Of a stretch of DNA of 37,924 bases, positions 24,003-34,329 are shown piece by piece. The stretch is taken from contig DASRZR010000096.1 in the NCBI GenBank assembly GCA_035686185.1, positions 1-37,924 on the forward strand, in the 5' to 3' direction. This stretch comes from Spirochaetia bacterium. GTDB lineage: Bacteria > Spirochaetota > Spirochaetia > SZUA-6 > Fen-1364. A program made the translations under genes and the position numbers. The notes under the pieces are model-generated. The model did no database searches and was not told the DNA's origin. It saw nothing but the letters and a program-made list of their open reading frames with translations. Every line of letters starts with the position of its first letter. The stretch's first letter is position 1.

Positions 24003-25667
24003 GTGCTCGTCTGCCTGCTGGCCGGTTTCATGATCGTGGACGCCTCCTCGCCGTGGCTCCACGGCATCGAGGGATGGAGGATCGGTGGGGCGGCGTCGGG
24101 GGCCGCCTTTCTCATCTACGCCCTGGCGCTGTCCCGCCGGTGGGAGAAAGCGGTGCTGCCGCTGCACGCGCTGCAGCTTGCCGGCCTCATGGTGATGATG
24201 TGCGGCATCAGCGCGGAGCTGGCCACCCGGCCGGACTTCCCCACCTTCGGCCGCACCGGGCTCATCTCCTCCCTGCTCGTGTGCATCTTCGCGGATTTCA
24301 TCCTCGCCGCGGGGCTGCGGGGATGGCTGGCCGTCATCCTCCTGCCGCCGCTGGCGGCCATGGGGATCTATGTCACGGCCGTGGGTTCTGCGCTCTCCCC
24401 GACCGAGAAGTTGTGGCTCGTCAGCAACCCCCTCGCGCTCGCCATCGTCGTCTCCATCCTCGGACTGTACCAGGAGCACGCGGCCCGCAAGGAGCACCGC
24501 GGACGTGCCGCGCTGCGCCGTTCCGAGGAAGCGCTGCGGGCGGGGCAGGAGCACCACCGCGTGGAGCTGGAATCCATGCTGCAGCGGCTGGAGTTCGTCC
24601 TGGCGGCCGGGCACACCGGGCTGGACATCGTGGATGAGGACTACGTGGTGCAGTACGTGGACCCGGCCCGACGCGCCTCCCTCGGAGACCCGTCGGGCCG
24701 CACGTGCTACCGGTATTTCCGCGGTCTCACCGAGCCGTGCGTGGACTGTGCCATGCGCCGGGCGTTCGCCACCGGGCAGGTCCAGGTGATGGAGCAGACC
24801 GACGCGAACGAGTCACACCGCCCCGTGCAGGTGACGGCCATCCCGTTCCGCGGTGAATCCGGCAGCATGAGGGTGGCGGAGGTCGTGGTGGACATCTCCG
24901 AGCGAAAACAGGCGGAGGCCGATCGCCTGGAATGGGAGCGGCGCACCGCCGCCTCCCGGCGGATGGAGAGTCTGGGGATCCTCGCGGGGGGAGTGGCCCA
25001 CCACTTCAACAACCTCCTGACGGTGATCCTGGGGCACGCGGATCTCCTCCAGGACCTGCTGCCGGCCGACCCGGGTCCCCGATCTTCCCTGCGGGAGATC
25101 GTGCGCGCCGGACAGCGCTCCCGTGACCTCGTGCTGCAGCTCCTGGCGCTCGCGCCGGGCCATTCCGTGCAGCTTCGGCCGCTGGACCTCAACGAGGTGA
25201 TCCGGACGCGCCAGGAGGCCTTTCGGGCGGCCGTGCGCCCCGGGATTTCCTTCTCCTACGACCTGTGCGCGAACGCGGGGCCCGTCCAGGGAGACGCGGC
25301 GCGCCTCGGGGAGGCGCTCTTCCACCTCGTGCTGAACGCGCAGGACGCCATCGCGACGGACGGTCGGATAGAGATCTCCACGTCCCGCGCGGACCGGGAC
25401 TCGGCCCCCCGCGCCGCGCCCGCCCGCTGGATCCTGTTGAGCGTCCGCGACACCGGTTCCGGGATGGATCCGGAGACGGCGGAGAAGGTTTTCGACCCGT
25501 TCTTCACCACCAAGGAGCCCGGCAAGGGAACCGGCCTCGGTCTGCCCGTGGTGCGCGCCATCGTGAAGCAGCACCAGGGTGAGATCGACGTGGAAAGCCG
25601 GCCCGGCGCCGGCACGCGGTTCCTGCTCTACCTTCCGGTCGTGGATCAGACGACGGACGGCACCTGA
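24003..25667 (+). CDS. Membrane sensor histidine kinase (multi-pass N-terminus, PAS with Cys motif, HisKA, HATPase_c)
   Basis: About 5 hydrophobic helices in the first 150 aa. PAS-like segment with C-x10-C-x2-C (GRTCYRYFRGLTEPCVDCAMR). H-box ILAGGVAHHFNNLLTVILGHADLL. N/G boxes (LVLNAQDA, DTGSGMD, GKGTGLGL). Confidence 0.88.
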   Translation: MLVCLLAGFMIVDASSPWLHGIEGWRIGGAASGAAFLIYALALSRRWEKAVLPLHALQLAGLMVMMCGISAELATRPDFPTFGRTGLISSLLVCIFADFILAAGLRGWLAVILLPPLAAMGIYVTAVGSALSPTEKLWLVSNPLALAIVVSILGLYQEHAARKEHRGRAALRRSEEALRAGQEHHRVELESMLQRLEFVLAAGHTGLDIVDEDYVVQYVDPARRASLGDPSGRTCYRYFRGLTEPCVDCAMRRAFATGQVQVMEQTDANESHRPVQVTAIPFRGESGSMRVAEVVVDISERKQAEADRLEWERRTAASRRMESLGILAGGVAHHFNNLLTVILGHADLLQDLLPADPGPRSSLREIVRAGQRSRDLVLQLLALAPGHSVQLRPLDLNEVIRTRQEAFRAAVRPGISFSYDLCANAGPVQGDAARLGEALFHLVLNAQDAIATDGRIEISTSRADRDSAPRAAPARWILLSVRDTGSGMDPETAEKVFDPFFTTKEPGKGTGLGLPVVRAIVKQHQGEIDVESRPGAGTRFLLYLPVVDQTTDGT

Positions 25668-26836
25668 GCCAGGAGCCGTCGGACCAGCAGGGACGCACCT
25701 TCGCGGAAGTCCGCGGCGGGTGGAAGCAGGCTGACCACGAGGTACGAGCCGGCCGCGAAGTCGTAGAAATATCCCGGATGCACGAGCACCCCCTCCGCCT
25801 CCAGAAGGTCCACCGCGAAATCCTCATCCGCAATGGCAGGCGGCATCTCCACCACGGAGTACCATCCGCCCTCCCGCGGCAGGACCCTGCAGGACGCTAA
25901 CCCGGCCAGGAGGCGCTTCAGCTCGGCCTCGTTGCCGTCCACCCGATGCCGTATCTGCTCCTGGACGGGCCCCCGGGAACCGATGATCCGGGCCGCCGCG
26001 TGCTGGACCCCGGCCGAGACGGAGAGGAACGCGTCCGTGATGAACGCCAGCCTCTCCCGCGCCGCGGCCGCCTGGTCCGCGGGGCCGCCCACGTGAATCC
26101 AGCCGAGCTTCACCTGCGGAAGACCGACGAGCTTGGAAAGGCCGTTGAGCGTGAACGTGAGAGCGTCCCGGTTGCCGGCCGTCGTGGCCACCCTCCCGGC
26201 GTGCTCCCCGCTGGCGTAGTCGGAGAACACCTCGTCCACGATGAGCGCGCAGTCGAAGCGCCGGCACAGCGCGGAAAGCTCCTCCCGCTCGCGCGGCTTC
26301 AGGTAGGAGCCGGTGGGGTTGTTCGGGCTCACCACGACGATGGCGCGCGTCCGGGTGCTGATGCAGGACCGCACGTGCTCCTCGTCCACGACCCACCCGG
26401 TGGCGCCGAGACGCAGGGCGTACGGCACCAGGCGCACCGCCTCCAGCCGGGTCAGGACGTCCAGCAGCGGGTACCCCGGGGTCGGCACGAGCACCTCATC
26501 GCCGGGATCCGCCAGGAGCTTGAAGACGTCCGCATACGCCTCGCTCGTCCCGGTGGTGAGGAACAGCTCGTCGGGGCTTACGGAAACACCGCGGTCCGCG
26601 TAGTAGCCGGCCACGGCTTCCCGGGCGGAGCGCAGGCCCTGGGGATGCGGCTCGTAGCGCAGCGAGTCCGGGGACGCCAGCGCCGCGCGCAGCGCCTCCT
26701 CGTCCCGGGCAAACCCGCACCGCGTGGGGTTGGACTCCGTGAGGTCGAGGAGCGGGGCGCCGGCAGCCCGGCGCCGCTCGATGGCCGCCGACAGGCGGTT
26801 GGCGGAATGGTCGGATGGCACTCGTCGGGAAAACAT
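25646..26836 (-). CDS. Pyridoxal-phosphate-dependent aminotransferase, class I/II
   Basis: 396 aa with LDLTESNPT, SPNNPTGS, and the PLP-lysine region LNGLSKLVGLPQVKLGW. Its 3' end overlaps the convergent HK gene by 22 nt. Confidence 0.85.
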   Translation of the reverse strand: MFSRRVPSDHSANRLSAAIERRRAAGAPLLDLTESNPTRCGFARDEEALRAALASPDSLRYEPHPQGLRSAREAVAGYYADRGVSVSPDELFLTTGTSEAYADVFKLLADPGDEVLVPTPGYPLLDVLTRLEAVRLVPYALRLGATGWVVDEEHVRSCISTRTRAIVVVSPNNPTGSYLKPREREELSALCRRFDCALIVDEVFSDYASGEHAGRVATTAGNRDALTFTLNGLSKLVGLPQVKLGWIHVGGPADQAAAARERLAFITDAFLSVSAGVQHAAARIIGSRGPVQEQIRHRVDGNEAELKRLLAGLASCRVLPREGGWYSVVEMPPAIADEDFAVDLLEAEGVLVHPGYFYDFAAGSYLVVSLLPPAADFREGASLLVRRLLAQVPSVV

Positions 26837-26933
26837 GGGCGTCCCCGAGAGTGAAGCACGGGAACGCCGGTCGGGGAAAGTGGCGACCCCGCTGTCCCCT
26901 CGCCAGCCGTTTCGCTACATTGGGGACACATCG

Positions 26934-27785
26934 ATGGACGTGTACCTGCAGCTCATCAAACCGCGTATCACGACACTGATCCTCCTCGTTGCCATGGCGG
27001 CCTTTGCCATTGCGAGCGGCGGCTCCCTGGACTGGCGGCGTTTCATCATCATGACCCTGCTCACGGGGCTGCTGGCGAGCGGTATCTTCGCGCTGAACGC
27101 CTACCTGGAGAGGGACACCGATGCCCTGATGGGGCGCACGAAAGGCCGTCCCCTTCCCAGCCGCCGGCTGCCCGCGGGGCAGGCGCTGGCCTTCGGGGTG
27201 ATCTGCACGGTCGCCGCCGTCGTGCTGATGGGCGCACGGCTGGGCCTCGTGGTGGGCGCGCTGGGCGCGTTCACGTTCGTGACCTACGTGCTGGTGTACA
27301 CGCCCCTGAAGCGCCGCTCCGTGCTTCACACGGCCATTGGTGCTCTTTCCGGCGCCACGCCGCCGCTCATCGGGTGGGCGTCAGTCCACGGCACGCTGGA
27401 CCCCGGGGCCTGGGTGCTCGCCGGGATCATGTTCCTCTGGCAGGTCCCGCACTTCCTTTCGATAGAGTCCATGTACCGGGACGACTACGCGAAGGCGGGC
27501 ATACGGGTCCTGCCCGTGACCGAACCCACCGGCTCCGCGGCGGCCAGCGTCATGGTAGTGGCCCTTGGCGTGCTGCTGCCGTGGAGCGCCGCGCCGTTCC
27601 TGGTCGGTATCTCCGGAACGGTAGCTCTTGCCGGCAGCCTGGCGGCCGGCGCGGGGTTCCTTGCCGCCGGCATCGTGCACCTGCTGCGCCGGACAAAGAC
27701 AAGCGCCCGCGTTGTCCTGCGGGCCTCCATCATCTACCTGCCGGCCGTGTTCGCTTTCCTGGTGTTCGCGGGCGCGGCGCGCTAG
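26934..27785 (+). CDS. ctaB: Protoheme IX farnesyltransferase (heme O synthase)
   Basis: MDVYLQLIKPRITTLIL.., NAYLERDTDALMGRTKGRPLPS, YTPLKRRS, WQVPHFLS are UbiA-family CtaB/CyoE motifs. The track start at 26724 adds a non-homologous Arg-rich extension that overlaps the divergent aminotransferase. Confidence 0.88.
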   Translation: MDVYLQLIKPRITTLILLVAMAAFAIASGGSLDWRRFIIMTLLTGLLASGIFALNAYLERDTDALMGRTKGRPLPSRRLPAGQALAFGVICTVAAVVLMGARLGLVVGALGAFTFVTYVLVYTPLKRRSVLHTAIGALSGATPPLIGWASVHGTLDPGAWVLAGIMFLWQVPHFLSIESMYRDDYAKAGIRVLPVTEPTGSAAASVMVVALGVLLPWSAAPFLVGISGTVALAGSLAAGAGFLAAGIVHLLRRTKTSARVVLRASIIYLPAVFAFLVFAGAAR

Positions 27786-27825
27786 TCGGCCGTCTTTGCG
27801 CGGCCCGGCAGGCTGCCGGCTCGGA

Positions 27826-29139
27826 TCAGCCCAGCTCGGAGAAGGCAGCCCGGGCCGCGCGGAGGGTGGCGTCAATCTCGGAAGCCCCGTGCGCGGTGGA
27901 GACGAACCCGGCCTCGAACTGGGAAGGGGCGAGATACACCCCCTGCCGCAGCATTGCGGAGAACCACTTCCCGAACGCCGCCGTGTCCGACTTCTTCGCG
28001 CTCTCCCAGTCGGTCACCGGTTGAGCGGAAAAGAACGCGCCGAACATTGACCCCGCGTGAGCGGTCTGAAGCGGCACGCCAGCCGAGCGAGCCTCGCGCT
28101 CAAGGCCCTCGGCCAGCGCGCGCGCCGCTGATTCCAGCGTGTCCCACGCGCCGGGCCGGGTGAGCTCGGTGAGCGTGGCGATGCCGGCGGTCATCGCCAG
28201 CGGGTTTCCCGAAAGCGTGCCGGCCTGGTACATCGGCCCGGAAGGCGCCACGAGCTTCATGATGTCACGACGGCCGCCGTAGGCGCCCACGGGAAGCCCG
28301 CCGCCGATCACCTTGCCCAGCACCGTCAGGTCCGGCGTTATGCCGTAGCGCGCCTGCGCGCCGCCCAGGTGTACGCGGAATCCCGTCATCACCTCGTCGA
28401 ACACCAGGAGGCTGCCATCCGATCGCGTAAGCTCGCGCAGTCCCTGAAGGAAACCCTCCTGCGGCAGCACCACGCCCATGTTGCCGGCCACCGGCTCCAC
28501 GATGACCGCGGCGATCTGCCCGCGGTTCTCCGCGAAGATCCGGCGAAGGCCGGGCAGGTCGTTGTACGGGCAGGAGAGCGTGGCGGCGGTGACCGCCGCG
28601 GGCACGCCGGGAGAATCCGGCAGGCCGAGCGTGGCCGCCCCGGAGCCGGCCTGCACCAGCAGGAGGTCCGCGTGGCCGTGGTACGCGCCGATGAACTTCA
28701 CAACCTTTTCCCGGCCCGTGAAGGCGCGCGCAAGGCGCAGGGCGCTCATCACCGCCTCGGTTCCCGAGTTCACGAACCGGATCACCTCCACGCTCGGGAC
28801 AAGACCCCGCACGAGGCGCGCCAGGTCCAGCTCCAGCGGGCTGGGTGCGCCGAAGCTCGTGCCACGCGCGGCTGCCTGTGCCAGCGCGGAGACCACGGCG
28901 GGATGCGCGTGACCGAGCACGAGCGGCCCCCAGGAGAGCACGTAGTCGATGTAGCGGTTCCCGTCCACGTCGACGAGCCAGGCGCCCTCCCCGCGCTCGA
29001 TGAACAGCGGCTCTCCGCCCACGGCCTTGAAAGCGCGCACGGGAGAGTCCACGCCCCCCGGCAGGAGCGTCAGCGCCTCCGCAAACAGCGCCCGCGACCT
29101 GTCGGTGCGGAGCTTACGCGTATCGGCTTCTGTCTTCAC
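27826..29139 (-). CDS. hemL: Glutamate-1-semialdehyde 2,1-aminomutase
   Basis: [56 protein letters not shown] is a classic HemL sequence. The start is set at GTG 29139 (AAGGAG upstream). The track extension to 29499 overlaps hemY. Confidence 0.9.
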   Translation of the reverse strand: MKTEADTRKLRTDRSRALFAEALTLLPGGVDSPVRAFKAVGGEPLFIERGEGAWLVDVDGNRYIDYVLSWGPLVLGHAHPAVVSALAQAAARGTSFGAPSPLELDLARLVRGLVPSVEVIRFVNSGTEAVMSALRLARAFTGREKVVKFIGAYHGHADLLLVQAGSGAATLGLPDSPGVPAAVTAATLSCPYNDLPGLRRIFAENRGQIAAVIVEPVAGNMGVVLPQEGFLQGLRELTRSDGSLLVFDEVMTGFRVHLGGAQARYGITPDLTVLGKVIGGGLPVGAYGGRRDIMKLVAPSGPMYQAGTLSGNPLAMTAGIATLTELTRPGAWDTLESAARALAEGLEREARSAGVPLQTAHAGSMFGAFFSAQPVTDWESAKKSDTAAFGKWFSAMLRQGVYLAPSQFEAGFVSTAHGASEIDATLRAARAAFSELG

Positions 29140-30550
29140 TTTTCTCTCCTTCCGCTGCGGTGGCCGTCCCCTCCGCCAGGAAGCGGGACGCCTCCGCGGC
29201 GGCCGCGGAACCGGAAGCCACGCACTGGGGTATTCCCACGCCGTCAAAGGCCGCGCCGGCAAGAAACAGGCCGGGCACCTGGCGGACCCGGGAGCGGATG
29301 TCGCGGACCCGGGCAAGGTGACCCACGGTGTACTGCGGCATGCCCAGGCTCCACCGGTGGAGCTGCTGGAGCTCGGGCGCCGCGTGGATTCCCAGCGTGG
29401 CAGCCAGCTCTGCCCGCGCCATGTGGAACAGCTCCTCATCGGGAGTGCCCAGCAGGTCTCTCCTTCCGAACCGTCCCGCGAACAGGCGGAAGAGCACACG
29501 GTCCTCCGGCGCCCTCCCCTTCCACTTGCGGGACGTCCAGGTGCAGGCCACCAGGTCGCTCTTCTCGATGCTGGGAATCAGGTACCCGTATCCGTCCAGC
29601 GGGTGCGGGACATCGACGGCGCGGTAGGCGAGATGGATCACCACGGTGGATGCGGAGGGTATCAGGCGAAGGAGATCGGAGAGCTCGGGGTCAAGCGGAG
29701 AGGCAAGCCGCGACGCTTCGTGAGCCGGGATGCACAGCAGGAGCGCATCCGCCTCCGTGGTCTCTCCGGTGGAAAGCTCCACCGCGAACAACGGCCCCTT
29801 GCGGCGCACGGCATCCGCGTTCACGCCGCGCCGGACCGTGACGGCGGGCGTCCCGCTGCCGGTGTCCTCCAGCGCGCGGCGAAGGGCCTCCACGATCTCC
29901 GCGGTGCCGTTGGCAAACGTGAGAAACTGCGGCCGGTCACCGGCCCCGGTGCCCGGCGCCGCGCCGGTGCCCTCGGCGGGTTCGGTCCGACGGCGCGGCA
30001 GCGTGGCCTCCGCGCTCAGAAGCTCCGCGTCCCCGGCATGGATCCCGCCGACCAGGGGCTCCACGAGCACCTGGAAGGCCTCCTCGCCAAAGCGCCTCAC
30101 CATGAGGGAGGCCACGGATTCGTCGTCACCACCTGACCATGCCGGCAGAGACGGCTGCTCCATGGCGCGCCTCCTGCCTGCCTCGGAGAGCAGCGGGCTC
30201 ACCGCCAGGGCCGCGGTGTCCAGGGGCACGGAGCCGGAGAACCCGTCCGGAAGCGGGGAAAGCCGGTGCTGGCGCATGATGTAGGTGTGAACCGGCTGCG
30301 GGCTGCGCGCCAGGAACCGGTCCCGCAGGCCGAGCTGCTCACAGAGCCGGATCACCTCGGGGCGGACCGTGAGGAAGCTGTCAGGCCCCTGCTCCAGCAC
30401 GTACGGGCCCGCGGCGTCCGTGCGGATCTTTCCGCCCAGGCGCTCTTCCCGCTCCACGAGCGTGATCCGGAGGTCCGCGCCGGACCGTGACGCGTTCCAC
30501 GCGGCGGAAAGCCCGGCGATGCCGCCACCCACGATCAGCAGGTGCTTCAT
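29114..30550 (-). CDS. hemY: HemY-type FAD oxidase; inferred coproporphyrinogen III oxidase (CgoX) given the co-encoded HemQ
   Basis: N-terminal FAD fold [18 protein letters not shown]. 478 aa of the HemY/PPO family. The C-terminal [18 protein letters not shown] is typical. Confidence 0.88.
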   Translation of the reverse strand: MKHLLIVGGGIAGLSAAWNASRSGADLRITLVEREERLGGKIRTDAAGPYVLEQGPDSFLTVRPEVIRLCEQLGLRDRFLARSPQPVHTYIMRQHRLSPLPDGFSGSVPLDTAALAVSPLLSEAGRRRAMEQPSLPAWSGGDDESVASLMVRRFGEEAFQVLVEPLVGGIHAGDAELLSAEATLPRRRTEPAEGTGAAPGTGAGDRPQFLTFANGTAEIVEALRRALEDTGSGTPAVTVRRGVNADAVRRKGPLFAVELSTGETTEADALLLCIPAHEASRLASPLDPELSDLLRLIPSASTVVIHLAYRAVDVPHPLDGYGYLIPSIEKSDLVACTWTSRKWKGRAPEDRVLFRLFAGRFGRRDLLGTPDEELFHMARAELAATLGIHAAPELQQLHRWSLGMPQYTVGHLARVRDIRSRVRQVPGLFLAGAAFDGVGIPQCVASGSAAAAEASRFLAEGTATAAEGEKSEDRSRYA

Positions 30551-31491
30551 GCCGGCTCCCGGAAACCCGCGGCGCGGGCCTGCGCCTTCACGGCGTCCGC
30601 CAGCACCTGGATGAACAGCGGGTCATCGTTCAGGGACGCGGGACGCTCCAGGCGGATACCGACCTCCCGGGCCCGGTGCTGGGCCTCGATGTCCACGTCG
30701 TAGAGGATCTCCACGTGATCTGCCACAAACCCCACGGGCACGCACACCACGTTGCGCACGCCGTGCCCTGCCAGCTCTGCCAGGTGATCCCCGAGGTCCG
30801 GCCCCAGCCACGGCTCCGGGCTTCTGCCGGCGGACATGTAGCTCCAGGACCAGCGCTCGGCCGGCACGCCCGCGCGGTCCGCCACCTTGCGCGCGGTCTC
30901 GCGAAGCTGGGCATCGTACGGATCTCCCTGCGCCAGCGAGCGGGCCGGCAGGCTGTGGGCACAGAAGACGACGTGCACGCGTGCCTGCTCCGCCGATGGC
31001 CACCGGGACGTTCCTTCCGCGACCCTCCGCGCGAGCGCTTCCACCAGGCCGGGCGCATCATGGTAGCTCTTCACGAAGGTGAACTCGATGCCGGCCCGGT
31101 AGAGATCCAGGCCGGCGCGTACCTTCTCGAAATAGCGCTCGCTGTTCATGGTGCTGTAGTGGGGGGCGAGGATGATGCCCACCGCCTGCCGGATCCCGTC
31201 CGCGTCCATGGCCCCCACGACCTCTTCCACCCAGGGCGACCAGTGCCGCATGCCGATGTAGCAGCGCCAGCCCGGGGGCCGCAGCACCGCGGAGAGCGCG
31301 TGAAGCTGGCGTTCGCTGCGCTCCTTCAGCGGTGAGCACCCGCCGATCAGGCGATAGTGCTCGGAGATCTCGCGAACGACCGCCTGCGGCGTGGGCCGGC
31401 CCGAGCGGATGTCCGCCAGGTACCCGGGAACGTCCGCGAGCGAGTCCGGTCCGCCGTAGGTCATGAGCAGCACGCCGAGGGGAGAGCTCAT
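30547..31491 (-). CDS. hemH: Ferrochelatase (inferred coproporphyrin ferrochelatase, CpfC)
   Basis: MSSPLGVLLMTYGGPDSLADVPGYL.., AHSLP, and GFVADHVEILYDVDIE are ferrochelatase motifs. ATG 31491 overlaps the hemE TGA (ATGA). The track extension to 31647 is rejected. Confidence 0.9.
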   Translation of the reverse strand: MSSPLGVLLMTYGGPDSLADVPGYLADIRSGRPTPQAVVREISEHYRLIGGCSPLKERSERQLHALSAVLRPPGWRCYIGMRHWSPWVEEVVGAMDADGIRQAVGIILAPHYSTMNSERYFEKVRAGLDLYRAGIEFTFVKSYHDAPGLVEALARRVAEGTSRWPSAEQARVHVVFCAHSLPARSLAQGDPYDAQLRETARKVADRAGVPAERWSWSYMSAGRSPEPWLGPDLGDHLAELAGHGVRNVVCVPVGFVADHVEILYDVDIEAQHRAREVGIRLERPASLNDDPLFIQVLADAVKAQARAAGFREPA

Positions 31492-32528
31492 GCGGGCGTG
31501 CCCTTCCACTGGTGCACGTGGTCCACGAGCCGCGCCACCGAGTCCATGGGCGTGTCCGGCAGGATGCCGTGCCCGAGATTGAAGAGGTGGCCCCTGCCTC
31601 CGGCGGAGGCGAGGATGGCATCGATGCGCGGCCGAAGCTCCCGCCACGGCGCGAACAACGCCACCGGGTCCAGGTTCCCCTGGATGGCCTGCTCGGGCCG
31701 GATGCGGCTGCGGTAGGACTCGATGGGCATGCGCCAGTCCACGCCCACCACTTCCCCGCCGCAGCCGGCCACCTCCTCGATGTAGGGCGCGGTGCCCGTG
31801 CTGAAGTTGATGACGGGCACGCCCGCCGCCTTCACCGCGGAGAAGAGCTGCCGGTTGTACGGCTGCACGTAGCGCACGTAGTCGTCACGACCCAGCGCGA
31901 GGCCCGCCCAGGAATCGAAAACCTGAAGGGCCGCTGCCCCCGCCTTTGCCTGCGCCAGGAGGAAATCCGACAGCACGGTCACCAGCCGTGACATGAGCCT
32001 TCGCCACGCGGCCGGTTCGTTGTACATGAGCGCCTTGGTCCGCGCGAAGGTGCGGCTTCCCGTTCCTTCCACGGCGTAGCTGGCCAGCGTGAACGGGGCG
32101 CCGCAGAAACCGATGAGCGGCACTCCGCGCGGCGCAAGCTCGGCGCGGGCCAGCCGGATGGCCTCCAGGTGCACGCCCAGGGACTCCGCGGCCGGCGGCA
32201 CGGCAAGCAGGTCGATGTCACGGGTGCTCCGCAGGGGGTTGGAAACGCCAGGACCTTCTCCCGAGCCGGCGTCGAAGGTCACGGTGAGCCCCATGCCGGC
32301 CAGCGGCGGGAGGATATCCATGAAGATGATCGCCGCGTCCAGCGGGAAACGCTTCAGCGGCTGCAGCGTGACCTCCACGGCAAGCTCGGGAGAACCGAGC
32401 ATCTCGCTCATGGAATGGCGCTCCCGGATGGCGCGGTACTCCGGAAGGTAGCGGCCGGCCTGCCTCATGAGCCACACCGGCGTGGGGGTGGCCGGCTCCT
32501 GCCGGCAGGCAGCCAGGAACGCGTTCAT
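31488..32528 (-). CDS. hemE: Uroporphyrinogen decarboxylase
   Basis: PVWLMRQAGRYLPEY near the N-terminus and FNLGHGI near the C-terminus are UroD signatures. 346 aa. Confidence 0.92.
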   Translation of the reverse strand: MNAFLAACRQEPATPTPVWLMRQAGRYLPEYRAIRERHSMSEMLGSPELAVEVTLQPLKRFPLDAAIIFMDILPPLAGMGLTVTFDAGSGEGPGVSNPLRSTRDIDLLAVPPAAESLGVHLEAIRLARAELAPRGVPLIGFCGAPFTLASYAVEGTGSRTFARTKALMYNEPAAWRRLMSRLVTVLSDFLLAQAKAGAAALQVFDSWAGLALGRDDYVRYVQPYNRQLFSAVKAAGVPVINFSTGTAPYIEEVAGCGGEVVGVDWRMPIESYRSRIRPEQAIQGNLDPVALFAPWRELRPRIDAILASAGGRGHLFNLGHGILPDTPMDSVARLVDHVHQWKGTPA

Positions 32529-33277
32529 GCGGACGGCGCCTGCCAGGCTGCCCGACCGATGAAGAACGGACCCAGCCGGGCAAGGTACTTCGAGGTCTGG
32601 CGCGTCTTTCTCATCCGCTGCACCACCGCGGACAGCGGGTACAGCTCCGACCCGAGTATCCCGATGATGAAGTCGTTGTCGTCACGCGAAAGCCCGTGGC
32701 AGGCCAGGCGGATGTCGTGCGCCACGCCGGCCTTCCCGTACTGCTGGCCCACCCCGCCGTGCTCCGCCAGCACCGCGCGCTGGTCCTTTTCCGTCAGCTC
32801 CTCGAAGGAGCCGGATCTGCGAAGCGGATACCAGATGACCCACGGCAGCTCGGGGCTCAGCAGCCGGCTGCGGGGCCGGGTGATCAGCGCCTCCTCGAGG
32901 TCCGCCTCCCACCCCATGGAGTACGTGCGGCCGAGCATCGTGTACTCGTCCCGCAGGCGCAATCCGGCAAACGGTTCTGACAGGAGCAGGGGCCGTACCG
33001 TGTCCAGGAAATACCCGGGGTCTTCCGAGAACGAGAGGAAGCCGAACCCCGTGGGATCGTTCACGTCCTCGTAGAGGACGCCGTCTACTCCGCGCCCCTC
33101 CATGGCGGCGCTGACAGCGGCCAGGTCGCGGCAGCCGTTGAATACGAGAAGCTGCACGAACAGCCGCCGGTCCATCCGCTGGGGCTCGCCGTTCCGTGGC
33201 CGGCCCTTCTCTTGCAGGTCGATGCCGGGCGCCGGGGGAGCCGGCGCGGCAGGGGTGGTGGTCACGACATCAGCCAT
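32525..33277 (-). CDS. hemQ: Chlorite-dismutase-family protein; inferred coproheme decarboxylase (HemQ/ChdC)
   Basis: 250 aa from ATG 33277 (AAGGAGG RBS). The ferredoxin-like Cld/HemQ family pattern is present (FVQLLVFNG.., WVIWYPLRRS, EHGGVG). The track's 689-aa ORF is a spurious upstream extension through hemB in another frame. Confidence 0.75.
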   Translation of the reverse strand: MADVVTTTPAAPAPPAPGIDLQEKGRPRNGEPQRMDRRLFVQLLVFNGCRDLAAVSAAMEGRGVDGVLYEDVNDPTGFGFLSFSEDPGYFLDTVRPLLLSEPFAGLRLRDEYTMLGRTYSMGWEADLEEALITRPRSRLLSPELPWVIWYPLRRSGSFEELTEKDQRAVLAEHGGVGQQYGKAGVAHDIRLACHGLSRDDNDFIIGILGSELYPLSAVVQRMRKTRQTSKYLARLGPFFIGRAAWQAPSA

Positions 33278-34329
33278 CGGGCCGCCTCCTTGGCGTGGTA
33301 GGTGATCACGAGGTCGGCGCCGGCTCGCCGGATGCCGGTGAGCGTTTCCATCACGGCGGCGCGCTCGTCCAGCCAGCCGTTGCCGGCCGCGGCCTTCAGC
33401 ATCGCGTACTCGCCGCTCACGTTGTACGCGGCAATCGGGCGCTCGGGGAACCGGTCCCGCAGCATGCGCACCACGTCCAGGTACGGGAGCGCCGGCTTCA
33501 CCATGAGGATGTCGGCTCCCTCCGAGACGTCCAGCTCCGCCTCGCGCAGCGCCTCTCTCGCGTTGGACGGGTCCATCTGGTGGCTGCGACGGTCCCCGAA
33601 CTTCGGCGCGCCTTCCGCGGCCTCCCGGAACGGACCGTAGAACGCCGATGCGTACTTCACCGCGTAGGACATGACGGGAAGGTGGCCGTAGCCGCCGGAA
33701 TCCAGCGCGCCGCGGATGGCCCCGACCATTCCATCTATCATCCCGCTGGGGGCGATGAGATCGGCGCCGGCCGCGGCATGGGAAAGGGCAATCAGGCCGA
33801 GCACGTCCCGTGTCGGGTCGTCCAGCAGGTAGCCCTCCGGCAGGGAGGGCACCGGCCGCGGCGAGCCGGTGTTCAGGATGCCGCAGTGGCCGTGGTCGGT
33901 GTACTCGCACAGGCACACGTCCGTTACCACCACGAGCTCCGGGCACCTGTCCTTGATCGCTGAAATGGCTTGCGGGATGATGCCGTGAGCGTCGTGGCTC
34001 TCCGACCCCTGGGCGTCCTTCACCGCCGGGATGCCGAACAGGAGCACGGCCTTCACGCCGGCGTCCGCCGCCTCCCGCGCCTCCTGGGCAAGGTTCTCCA
34101 CGGACAGTTGAAATACCCCGGGCATGGAGCTGACCGGCCGGCGCACTCCCCGGCCGTGCACGGCAAACAGCGGGTAGATGAGCTGGGAAGGCGAAAGGCG
34201 CGTCTCCCTCACCATCTCCCGGAGCGCCGGCAGGCTGCGAAGCCGCCGGGGCCGGTCCGCCGGGCGGCCGGCCGTTGACGTGCCGTTCGACACCTGACGC
34301 AGGAGAGATGATGCCTCGGCCCGTGTCAT
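33262..34329 (-). CDS. hemB: Porphobilinogen synthase (delta-aminolevulinate dehydratase)
   Basis: RPRRLRSLPALREMVRETRLSPSQLIYPLF, DVCLCEYTDHGHCG (Cys-rich Zn site), MVKPALPYLD and SGEYAM are HemB signatures. Confidence 0.92.
   Translation of the reverse strand: MTRAEASSLLRQVSNGTSTAGRPADRPRRLRSLPALREMVRETRLSPSQLIYPLFAVHGRGVRRPVSSMPGVFQLSVENLAQEAREAADAGVKAVLLFGIPAVKDAQGSESHDAHGIIPQAISAIKDRCPELVVVTDVCLCEYTDHGHCGILNTGSPRPVPSLPEGYLLDDPTRDVLGLIALSHAAAGADLIAPSGMIDGMVGAIRGALDSGGYGHLPVMSYAVKYASAFYGPFREAAEGAPKFGDRRSHQMDPSNAREALREAELDVSEGADILMVKPALPYLDVVRMLRDRFPERPIAAYNVSGEYAMLKAAAGNGWLDERAAVMETLTGIRRAGADLVITYHAKEAARWLMS

Noticed and set aside
19530-25667. The paralog array as a horizontally acquired island or mobile element
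   Set aside because: I could find no integrase, transposase, tRNA target, flanking direct repeats or inverted terminal repeats. The slight AT enrichment can be explained by the K/N/F/Y/I-rich protein composition. Sharing the che-type sigma-54 control module argues for an integrated chromosomal locus.
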